DNA from: Aquifex aeolicus VF5 | GTDB taxonomy: Bacteria; Aquificota; Aquificia; Aquificales; Aquificaceae | Reading direction: 5' to 3' | Assembly (NCBI RefSeq): GCF_000008625.1 | Contig: NC_000918.1 | Span: 990,001 to 1,022,000 of the forward strand | DNA: 32,000 nucleotides | Shown here: positions 24,723-32,000 of the stretch, piece after piece | Position numbering within the stretch: position 1 is the first letter of the stretch | How the letters are laid out: each line of letters starts with the position of its first letter | Position numbers and translations under genes: made by a program | Notes under the pieces: model-generated | Told to the model about the DNA's origin: nothing | The model's input: only the letters and a program-made list of their open reading frames with translations | The model's database searches: none

Positions 24723-25451
24723 ATGAGACTCGGAGTAAACGTTGACCACGTGGCCACCGTAAGGCAGGCGAGGAGAACCTTTGAGCCCTCCCCCGTATTC
24801 GCGGCCCTCATAGCCCAGCAGGCGGGAGCGGATCAGATAACCCTCCATCTCAGGGAGGACAGGAGACACATACAGGACAGGGATTTAGAACTCATAAAGG
24901 AACTAATAACCATTCCCGTAAACCTTGAGATGGCTCCCACTGAAGAGATGAGAGAAATAGCCCTGAGAGTAAAACCTGACAGAATAACCCTTGTTCCCGA
25001 AAGAAGGGAGGAAATCACCACCGAAGGTGGTCTTGACGTAGTATCACTGAAGGAAAAACTCAAAGAATACTTAAAGCCCATAAAGGAGGCAGGTATTGAA
25101 GTCTCCCTCTTTATAGAAGCTCAGAAGGAACAAATAGACGCAAGTGTAGAAGTAGGGGCTGACGCCATAGAAATCCACACAGGAAGGTACGCAAACCTCT
25201 GGAACGAACACAGGTTTGAGGAAGCGAAGGAAGAGCTAAACAGGATAAAGGAAGCGGCAATTTACGCGAAGGAAAAAGGACTGAAGGTTTACGCGGGACA
25301 CGGACTTACTTACCACAACGTAAAAGACTTTGTCAGGGAACTCAAAGGCTACGTAGAAGAATTAAACATCGGTCACTCAATTGTGGCAAACGCCGTGATA
25401 TTCGGATTTGAAAGAGCTGTGAAGGAGATGTTAAACCTTATTAAGACTTGA
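24723..25451 (+). CDS. pdxJ: Pyridoxine 5'-phosphate synthase
   Basis: [25 protein letters not shown] and the 242-aa length match PdxJ. Confidence 0.95.
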   Translation: MRLGVNVDHVATVRQARRTFEPSPVFAALIAQQAGADQITLHLREDRRHIQDRDLELIKELITIPVNLEMAPTEEMREIALRVKPDRITLVPERREEITTEGGLDVVSLKEKLKEYLKPIKEAGIEVSLFIEAQKEQIDASVEVGADAIEIHTGRYANLWNEHRFEEAKEELNRIKEAAIYAKEKGLKVYAGHGLTYHNVKDFVRELKGYVEELNIGHSIVANAVIFGFERAVKEMLNLIKT

Positions 25452-26543
25452 CTCGTATTTTCTCAAAACTTCGGTTATTAATTCGTTGGATATTAAAAGG
25501 TGCTCTTCCTTTATCCTCAGCCTTCCTCCTTTTACTTCAAAGAAATCCCTCAAGTATTCTGGTACAAATTTTAAGTACTTTTCTTCAATACCTTCGGTGG
25601 TTCTCAGTCCCAGCATAATCCTTTCCTTTTCCAGTTCCGTTTCGTCAAGTTGCACCCTAAACTCAACGGGCTTTTTGTCTTCCTTTAGAAATTTTACATA
25701 CTTGCTTATATTTTTCGTGTTCCCGTACCTTACATTTTCGTAAAAGCCCCATGCAGAAACGCCTACCCCTAAAAACTCCTCCATTTTCCAGTAAACGAGG
25801 TTATGCCTGCACTCAAAACCCTCCTTAGCCCAGTTGGAAATCTCATACCTTTTAAAACCGAGCTCCCTCAAACCTTCCGAAAGCATTTTATGAAGTTCTA
25901 CCACTTCCTCTTCTTCCAGAGGCTTAAACTCACCCCTTTTGAAAGCAAGACCCATAGGTGTGTCCTCGTAAAGAGTGAGGAGGTATGCGGACACGTGCTT
26001 TACGGGAAACTTTTTCAGGTGTTCGAGTTCTACTTCCAGATCTTTCAGGCTCTGAGTGGGCCAGCCCCATATGAGGTCGACGTTCACGTTTTCAATTCCC
26101 GCCTCAAATAAACTCTCAAGACACTCAAGACTGTCCTTTACCGTGTGTTTCCTTCCGAGAACCCTTAACCCTTTTTCCGTGAAGCTCTGAACACCCACGC
26201 TTATCCTGTTTACACCGAGTTTTTTTAACTCCTCAAACTCCTTTTTGCGGTAAGTTTCGGGATTGCACTCAACTGTTATCTCCTTGACACCCGAGAGCCC
26301 GAAAACCTTGTCAATTTCCTCAATAATTTCACCGAGTTCTTCTGGTTTTAATAACGTGGGCGTTCCACCGCCGAAGTAAAGAGTTTCAAGTTTTACGTCA
26401 AGTTCTCTGTACAAATTTATTTCTCTCTTTAGAGCACTCAGGTAATCCCTAACGCTTACGGGAGAGTTTACAAGGGACAAAAAGTCGCAGTAAGGACACT
26501 TGTAAGAGCAGAAAGGTACGTGCACGTAAAGGGCTTTTATCAT
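25431..26543 (-). CDS. hemW: Radical SAM HemN-like protein (HemW-type heme chaperone / anaerobic coproporphyrinogen oxidase-like)
   Basis: It has a [10 protein letters not shown] radical-SAM cluster motif, GGGTP and a HemN C-terminal-like region. The ATG is at 26543; the track start at 26546 is a TTG. Confidence 0.85.
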   Translation of the reverse strand: MIKALYVHVPFCSYKCPYCDFLSLVNSPVSVRDYLSALKREINLYRELDVKLETLYFGGGTPTLLKPEELGEIIEEIDKVFGLSGVKEITVECNPETYRKKEFEELKKLGVNRISVGVQSFTEKGLRVLGRKHTVKDSLECLESLFEAGIENVNVDLIWGWPTQSLKDLEVELEHLKKFPVKHVSAYLLTLYEDTPMGLAFKRGEFKPLEEEEVVELHKMLSEGLRELGFKRYEISNWAKEGFECRHNLVYWKMEEFLGVGVSAWGFYENVRYGNTKNISKYVKFLKEDKKPVEFRVQLDETELEKERIMLGLRTTEGIEEKYLKFVPEYLRDFFEVKGGRLRIKEEHLLISNELITEVLRKYESSLNKV

Positions 26544-26581
26544 CAAAACTTTAAATTTAGGTTGTATATTAAAAAATCACT

Positions 26582-26884
26582 ATGCCTGCGGATCCGAGAA
26601 ACGCCGGAAAGGACAAAGGAAATCTTCAGATGGAGCTCCAGAACTTGCTCACTTCCGCAAGAATAAGGAAGATGGAGTACGAAGCAATAGTGGAAGAGCT
26701 TGAGGAAGACGAGCTCAAATACGACCTCTTTGAGTACCAAGACTACCTTGAAAATTACATTATGCCCTACGTTGAAAGAGCTTACAAAAACGGCAGTAAA
26801 GAACTGATAGGAATGGCGGAGGAAGTAAAGAGTATATTTGAAGAAATTATTGATATGATAAAGGCGAGAATAGAAAAGAAGTGA
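26582..26884 (+). CDS. Small acidic helical hypothetical protein
   Basis: The ORF shows coding-like composition. Its stop overlaps the lpxB GTG (GTGA). The start is uncertain, either 26582 or ATG 26629. No family was recognised. Confidence 0.45.
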
Positions 26885-27951
26885 AAAAGATATTCCTCTC
26901 TTTAGCGGATCGCTCTGCCTCCAATTACGTGTATGAAATACTTAAGGAAGGCTTTGAGGAGTACGAAATCTACGGACTTACTGACGAAAAACTGGAAAAA
27001 ATAGGCGTAAAAAGTGTGGCAAGGTATTCTGAAATATCCACGGTAGGACTGATAGAAGCGCTTCCAAAAGTATTTAAATTCTTAAAAATTTACAGAAAAA
27101 TCCTTAAAAACTTAAAAAATACTGACACCCTAATAGCATGCGATGCTCCGGCCCTTAACTTAAGGCTTATAAAAGATGCGAGAAAACTCGGAGTAAAGCG
27201 GATTATTTACTTCATATCTCCTCAAGTGTGGGCTTGGAAGCCAAAAAGAGCGGAGATTATAGCCAATTACTGCGATCACGTAATAGTAATCCTCCCGTTT
27301 GAAAAAAAGATTTATAGAAAATTCCCGAACTTGAAAGTTCACTACGTAGGACACCCCCTAGTGGATTTGGTAAAACCTCAAAAAACAAAAGAAGAATTTA
27401 TGAAAGCTTTCAAAAAAGAGCCACTGCCCCTACTTCTCGGAAGCAGGGAAGGTGAAATAAGGAGACATGTTAAATTATTAAAGGGAATAATTGAAGAATT
27501 AAAAAAGAGTTTTGACGTAATTTCTCCGACTTTTAGAGAATTTTCAAAGTTTATTGAGAGAGAACTTAAAGTGAAAACCCTTACGTACGAAGGGGCTTCT
27601 TACGACTGCTTCTTTTACTCAAAAGCCTCACTAATAGCCTCGGGAACAGCTTCCTTAGAGGCGGGAATTGCGGGAAACCCTCACGTGGTTTATTACAAGG
27701 TAAACCCGATTACCTACTTTCTTGGGAAAAGACTTGTAAAAGTTCCCTACATAAGTTTAGTAAACATACTTTTAAAGGAAGAAGTAGTTCCAGAGTTTAT
27801 CCAAAAAAGTTCAGATGAGATACTGAAAGGTTTTGAAAAGGTTTACAAAAACGAAGAAGAAATTAAGGAAAAACTTGGAACGTTGAAGTTTATCCTCGGT
27901 GAGAGGTTCGTTATAAGGAAGCTCAGGGAGTTGTTCTTGGAAATAGTATAG
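26881..27951 (+). CDS. lpxB: Lipid-A-disaccharide synthase
   Basis: [13 protein letters not shown] and [13 protein letters not shown] are present, with length and layout typical of GT19 LpxB. It has a GTG start. Confidence 0.8.
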
Positions 27952-27960
27952 TTTTAAAGT

Positions 27961-28590
27961 ATGCTCAGGTTTGAGGATTGGGAACTCGCGGTAGTTATAA
28001 TTCTCACGAGGTTTATGGAAGCAATAGCGATAATAATAAGCATATACCTCGCCTTTAACGGCTACAAGCTCAGGTATGTCCTTGCAACCGCAGGTGTATT
28101 CCTTTTGAGCGTGTTGATAAACTTAACGGGACTCATTTTCAGACCTTACTTTATTTACTTTTCCTTAGCGAGTATATTCCTGAGTGCGCTTATACTTACC
28201 GCTTTAATTCTTTACGTTAAAAAGAACCCGGAAAAGACTAAGAGTTTTTCCCTTCCGGAAAACGCCAGATGTCCGGTTTGTAATGTTCTAATCCTCAAAG
28301 AGGACGAGCTCTGTACCGCAAAAATTGGGAATTATACTTACTACTTTGATACGTGTCACCATCTGGTTCAGCTACTTAAGGAACCCGATTACTTCGTAGA
28401 AAGGGGAAACATTTTTAAAGGAGAACTAAAAGAAGTTTTCGTAAAAACTAAGGATACAAAAAAGTGGAAAAAATTCAGTGAAGTGAAACTCGTGGGAGAG
28501 GACGGAAGACTTGTCGCTTATGAAAACCCTCCGAAAGGAGCAAAGGTAATAAATCCGGAGGAAATTCTTAGAGAAAGTCCCTTAAGTTGA
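27961..28590 (+). CDS. Membrane protein (3-4 TM helices) with a C-terminal Cys/His-containing soluble domain
   Basis: The N-terminal ~95 aa are hydrophobic. They are followed by CPVC-x6-C-x13-YYFDTCHH...EPDYF, loosely reminiscent of YHS/TRASH metal-binding modules. Confidence 0.5.
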
Positions 28591-29472
28591 ACGGGCCGGT
28601 ATTTTATCCTTTATAGCCTCGTATATCTTCAAAGTTGCGTCGGACTTGTTCAGAGTGTAGAAGTGAAGCCCCGGAACTCCGTGTTCTATGAGATCCAAAC
28701 ACTGATTTATGGCAAACTCAATCCCTATCTTTTTTACTTCTTCCGGTTTATCCTCCACTTTTTCAAGCTTTTCTATAAGACTCTGTGGAATCGTCGCTCC
28801 GCAAAGAGAAGCAAACTTTCTTATCTGTTTGAAGTTAGTAATAGGCATAATTCCCGGAATTATAGATATATCTATCCCTGCATTTTTGCACATTTCCACA
28901 AACCTGTAGTAGTAATCGTTCACGAAAAACATCTGAGTAATCGAGAAGTCTGCACCTGCCTCTACCTTTTCCTTAAAGTACTTCACTTCCCACTCGAGGT
29001 TCGGTGATTCCGGATGTCCTTCAGGATAAGAAGCCACTCCGATAGAAAACCAGTCTCCGAACTCCTTCCTGATCAGTTCTACGAGCTCTTTTGCATACTT
29101 GCACGCACCCTTCGGCGGTCTCCAGTCCGGTTTGTCCCTCGGAACGTCCCCCCTCAAAGCGAGAATGTTCTCTATACCTATGTTTTTGTAATCTTGAAGG
29201 ATATCAATAAGCTCCTCTCTCGTGTGTGCTATACAGGTGAGGTGTGCCATAACGGTGAGGTTAGTTTCCTCGTGTATTTTCTGTACTATATTCCTAGTTC
29301 TATCTCTAGTCGAACCACCTGCCCCGTAAGTAACGGATACAAAAGTAGGATTTAATTTCTCAAGTTTCCTTATAGTTTCAAAGAGCTGTCTTTCTCCCTC
29401 TTCAGTCTTCGGTGGAAAGAACTCAAAAGAAATACTGAAAACTCCTTTCCTCAGTATATCTCCTATTTTCAT
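28582..29472 (-). CDS. metF: 5,10-methylenetetrahydrofolate reductase
   Basis: [21 protein letters not shown] and the ~296-aa length match MetF. Confidence 0.9.
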
Positions 29473-29552
29473 AAGGAAGTATTTTAAAGGTGGACTAAGA
29501 ATTTTTAAGAAATAAAATAAAAAGTGTAAAAAACTTTCAAGGGAGGTGTGCC

Positions 29553-29915
29553 ATGAGTCAAGTTACTCAATCTTTCAGAAAAAGTCTCAGCCTCAACAAA
29601 GGTTTTACCTTGATTGAACTCCTGATCGTCATCGCGATCATCGCAATCCTTGCAACCATGGCCATTCCCAAAATTCAGGAGTACAGAAGGGCTGCACTCA
29701 TAGGTAAGCTCACGAATAATGCGAGATTGTGCCTATCAGCATATGCACAACAAGAAGCTGTTAGTGGAGTAACCGGAGCTGTATCCGTTACCGCCAACGT
29801 ACCGCCGGGATGTACAGGAGACGCATCATCGTGTACATGCAGTGAAGGAGGTGTTTCTGTAACTTGTTCCGTACAAAACGATGGTAGTATAACCTGCAGT
29901 GAAAGTACTTCCTAA
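29553..29915 (+). CDS. Prepilin-type protein, candidate major (pseudo)pilin; 17-aa leader, 6 Cys
   Basis: GGGAGGTG SD lies 4-5 nt before the ATG. The class III signal is KG|[17 protein letters not shown], with E at +5. The mature part is short (~103 aa) and Cys/Ser/Thr/Gly-rich. Confidence 0.85.
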
Positions 29916-29984
29916 TCTGCTAGGTTGCACCCTTCTTTCTTTTTCCTCTTTTCTTTTAACCTTTATTTATATAGGATTTTTATC

Positions 29985-30344
29985 ATGCCAAAGGAGGGGG
30001 GATTTACTTTAGTAGAAGTTCTTGTAGCACTCATGATCGTTCTCGTACTGGCAGGACTCGCCATTCCACTTTACGAGATCACTTTTAAAAGAAACGCTAT
30101 GCGGGCAGTAGTTCTTAGCGATTTAAGACAATGTCTTTCTATTATCTCCGTACACATGAGTACCGGAGGGAACTCCCCTTCTGAAGTTTTGGGCGAGTGT
30201 CCTAAATCTGACTACACGCAGGAAATAAGACTTCTTTCGGATAACCCTATAACCATAGAAGCTGTAGGAAGGAGTGATGTGGGAGAGGTCAGGTGTACCT
30301 ATGACGGAAACACCGGAGAGATAAGCTGTGATAGTACTTTTTAA
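29985..30344 (+). CDS. Prepilin-type protein, paralog of the preceding pilin; 4 Cys
   Basis: The start at ATG 29985 gives the leader MPKEGG|FTLVEVLVAL. It shares the layout ...R.CLS... and ...ISC/ITC.S... with the first pilin. Confidence 0.8.
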   Translation: MPKEGGFTLVEVLVALMIVLVLAGLAIPLYEITFKRNAMRAVVLSDLRQCLSIISVHMSTGGNSPSEVLGECPKSDYTQEIRLLSDNPITIEAVGRSDVGEVRCTYDGNTGEISCDSTF

Positions 30345-30765
30345 AAGGGGATTCACCCTTGTAGAACTTTTAATAGTAATAGGAATAATAGTTATTTTAA
30401 GTACAGTGGGGATTTTAAAATTCAGGGAGTGGTACGAAAACTACAAATACCTTGAGGAAGTATCAAAACTCGAATACTTGGTTAGGAGGGCTAAGGTAAT
30501 AGCCCTTGAGCGTTCTTCTTACGTAAAAGTGCGTGTTAATGGAAATAATTTAGTAATAGAAGATTGCGGAATAGACAACTCCTCCTGTACTCCCGTGGCT
30601 TCTTACAGATTTGAGTTTAACTTGGATTCGACCAGATCTGTGACTTTCAGTCCGAGGGGCTTGGCACATTCATGGGGAAGCTTCTGTATTTCAAAAGATG
30701 GAATGTCGTACAAGGTTATAGTAAACAGGGAAGGTATAAGGGTAGAAAAAGGAGGAACGTGTTGA
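30328..30765 (+). CDS. Minor pilin / pseudopilin, GspH/FimT-like; 4 Cys
   Basis: A GTG start gives KRG|FTLVELLIVIGII. The C-terminal VTFSPRGLA...YKVIVNREGIRVE resembles the GspH/FimT fold signature. Confidence 0.6.
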   Translation: MIVLFKRGFTLVELLIVIGIIVILSTVGILKFREWYENYKYLEEVSKLEYLVRRAKVIALERSSYVKVRVNGNNLVIEDCGIDNSSCTPVASYRFEFNLDSTRSVTFSPRGLAHSWGSFCISKDGMSYKVIVNREGIRVEKGGTC

Positions 30766-31103
30766 AAAAAGGATTTACACTGATAGAGGTTCTCGTAGCA
30801 TTGCTCGTTTTTATAATCGGCGTGGGGAGTATATTCTACGTTTTTTCTAAATTTTCCGATTTAATGAGAAACAGGTTCGTAATTACGTGTGTGACCGAAG
30901 CCGCGTATTATGCATTGGATGCCTGTGCGGCGGGAGCGGCACCGCCCGGATCGTTGACGTGCGGAAATATAACAGTTGACATTAGTGTAAGCGGCTGTGA
31001 ACCTTCACCGGGAGCTTGCAGGAACGTTTCCGTAACCGCCTCTTACAATACTATTAGCTTTTCTTTAACTACGAAAAAGTGTGACTTAGGAGCTTCGCCA
31101 TGA
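30759..31103 (+). CDS. Minor pilin / pseudopilin, GspI/PilV-size; 6 Cys
   Basis: AAAGGAGG (30748-30755) lies just upstream of GTG 30759 and TTG 30762. The signal is KKG|FTLIEVLVALLVF, and the protein is about 114 aa. Confidence 0.7.
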   Translation: MLKKGFTLIEVLVALLVFIIGVGSIFYVFSKFSDLMRNRFVITCVTEAAYYALDACAAGAAPPGSLTCGNITVDISVSGCEPSPGACRNVSVTASYNTISFSLTTKKCDLGASP

Positions 31104-31930
31104 ACAGGGGAATGACGCTTATAGAATTACTCGTAGCTCTTGCACTTTCTATAATTCTCTCCCTTGGACTCTACTACTCTTTCCGTTATTCGGGAATATT
31201 TTTCTCTCAGGATAAAGCAATATCCGACCTGATAGAATACGCAAGAACTGCAGAGGAACAACTGAAGTTTTACTTCGACAGGTGGGGAAACGGTGTACCT
31301 GAGGGAGGTACTGATTGTACTTACTCATTTCCAAATGGATATCCCAAAAATAGATTCTGCATCATTAAAGGAAGTTCGGGTAATTGTGATGAGATAATTT
31401 TTTACGGAAACACACAAGGATTTTTGATAGTGCTGGATGAAAAAGATGAAGATGAATTTAACGCTTTAGCGTGTAGGATGACAAACGATGAAGACGATTA
31501 TTACTACATTTGGAAAGAAGATAAACCTGTGGATACAACAACCGGCAACAGAATAGGTGTAAGCGGAGGAGACTGTGGGATAAAAGGAATTATTCCTAAT
31601 GCGAGTGTAGCGAAAGAGATTAATACATTAGACAAAGGTACAGTTACTCTACAAACAGGGGATGCCATTATTCGGGTACCGAAGATTATCAAGATATATT
31701 GCAGTGAGACGAATGGAGAACTATATTTAAAGGTATCAGAACAAGAAGCTAATAAAGCTCCTGTAGAAAGTCCATTAGTCCCTGTAAAGGAAATGGAAGC
31801 GACGCTCCTGCCCGAGGGATGCGATCCGACAAACGGAGAATGTACAGCGGTAAGGTTTCGTATAACCTTCGTAAACAGAGTAGGCAACGAAGAATACACG
31901 CTTACGAAGGACATAGTTCTCGGGAGGTAA
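31100..31930 (+). CDS. Minor pilin / pseudopilin, GspJ/PilW-size; 8 Cys
   Basis: It has an ATGA overlap with the previous gene and the signal NRG|MTLIELLVALAL. It is 276 aa. Confidence 0.65.
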   Translation: MNRGMTLIELLVALALSIILSLGLYYSFRYSGIFFSQDKAISDLIEYARTAEEQLKFYFDRWGNGVPEGGTDCTYSFPNGYPKNRFCIIKGSSGNCDEIIFYGNTQGFLIVLDEKDEDEFNALACRMTNDEDDYYYIWKEDKPVDTTTGNRIGVSGGDCGIKGIIPNASVAKEINTLDKGTVTLQTGDAIIRVPKIIKIYCSETNGELYLKVSEQEANKAPVESPLVPVKEMEATLLPEGCDPTNGECTAVRFRITFVNRVGNEEYTLTKDIVLGR

Positions 31931-31934
31931 TGAA

Positions 31935-32000
31935 ATGAAGGGTTTTTCTCTTGTAAACACTATAGTCGCCACATTTATATTTACAGCTGTTGGGTTTGCA
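31935..32000 (+). CDS. Prepilin-like protein lacking Glu+5 (GspK/PilX-like position), 3' end outside the window
   Basis: The ATG at 31935 gives MKG|FSLVNTIVATFIFTAVGFA, with Asn instead of Glu at +5. Only 22 codons are visible. Confidence 0.45.
   Translation, partial: MKGFSLVNTIVATFIFTAVGFA

Noticed and set aside
24687-24869. 61-codon N-terminal extension of the polX ORF ([10 protein letters not shown]…)
   Set aside because: It runs through the divergent intergenic region and 147 nt of pdxJ on the opposite strand. The canonical PolX N-terminus begins at MSRKNQELAKIFE (ATG 24686).
29473-29552. Sigma-54 type promoter (TGGCAC-N5-TTGC) upstream of the first pilin
   Set aside because: The only GG candidate (GGTGGACT at ~29489-29496) is not followed by GC at the required 10-nt spacing. 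The region is simply AT-rich.
29916-29930. CCTA-atctgc-TAGG hairpin after the first pilin gene, as an intrinsic terminator
   Set aside because: The stem is only 4 bp. It is retained solely as context for the pyrimidine-tract observation.
1-32000. Search for tRNA/rRNA genes, CRISPR arrays, IS elements or prophage/defence islands
   Set aside because: No non-coding gap exceeds about 80 nt. I noticed no cloverleaf-like or direct-repeat/spacer structure, no transposase- or integrase-like ORF, and no obvious compositional break.

Overview
This is a very dense chromosomal segment, about 97% coding and roughly 43% GC, encoding Lys/Glu-rich proteins. Gene content and order look Aquificales-like, probably Aquifex aeolicus or a close relative. 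That identification is from memory, not a search. I support about 34 CDS. By eye I found no rRNA, tRNA, CRISPR array, IS element or long repeat.

Main blocks:
- (1) 1-2961: a truncated AEC transporter, an archaeal-type ATP-dependent DNA ligase and a lone leuD.
- (2) 3014-13328: an atypically organised cellulose-synthase (bcs) locus. A V4R-like protein, bcsB, GH8 bcsZ, a SPOR+TPR protein, a separate BcsC-type barrel and bcsQ lie on the + strand. A small ORF, bcsA(PilZ) and a SPOR protein converge on them from the - strand.
- (3) 13352-29472: scattered single housekeeping genes. These are DUF72, a small TPR protein, trpB2, an amidohydrolase, an abnormally long valS (1165 aa, two large insertions), fur, mobA, an mltD-like lipoprotein, a TusA-DUF3343 fusion, PolX-PHP, pdxJ, hemW, lpxB and metF.
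- (4) 29553-32000: six consecutive prepilin-type genes in a G-H-I-J-K-like order. Each of the five complete ones has an even number of cysteines.

Most worth a second look:
- the split, convergent bcs locus with its accessory genes
- the BcsC TPR/barrel junction, which can be fused by a -1 slip
- the two ValRS insertions
- the Cys-rich pilin cluster
- a Fur-box-like operator inside the mobA 3' end
- a recurring TTTAAA hexamer almost abutting SD-less start codons at transcription-unit heads

All family calls rest on motif recognition by eye. No alignments or searches were run.
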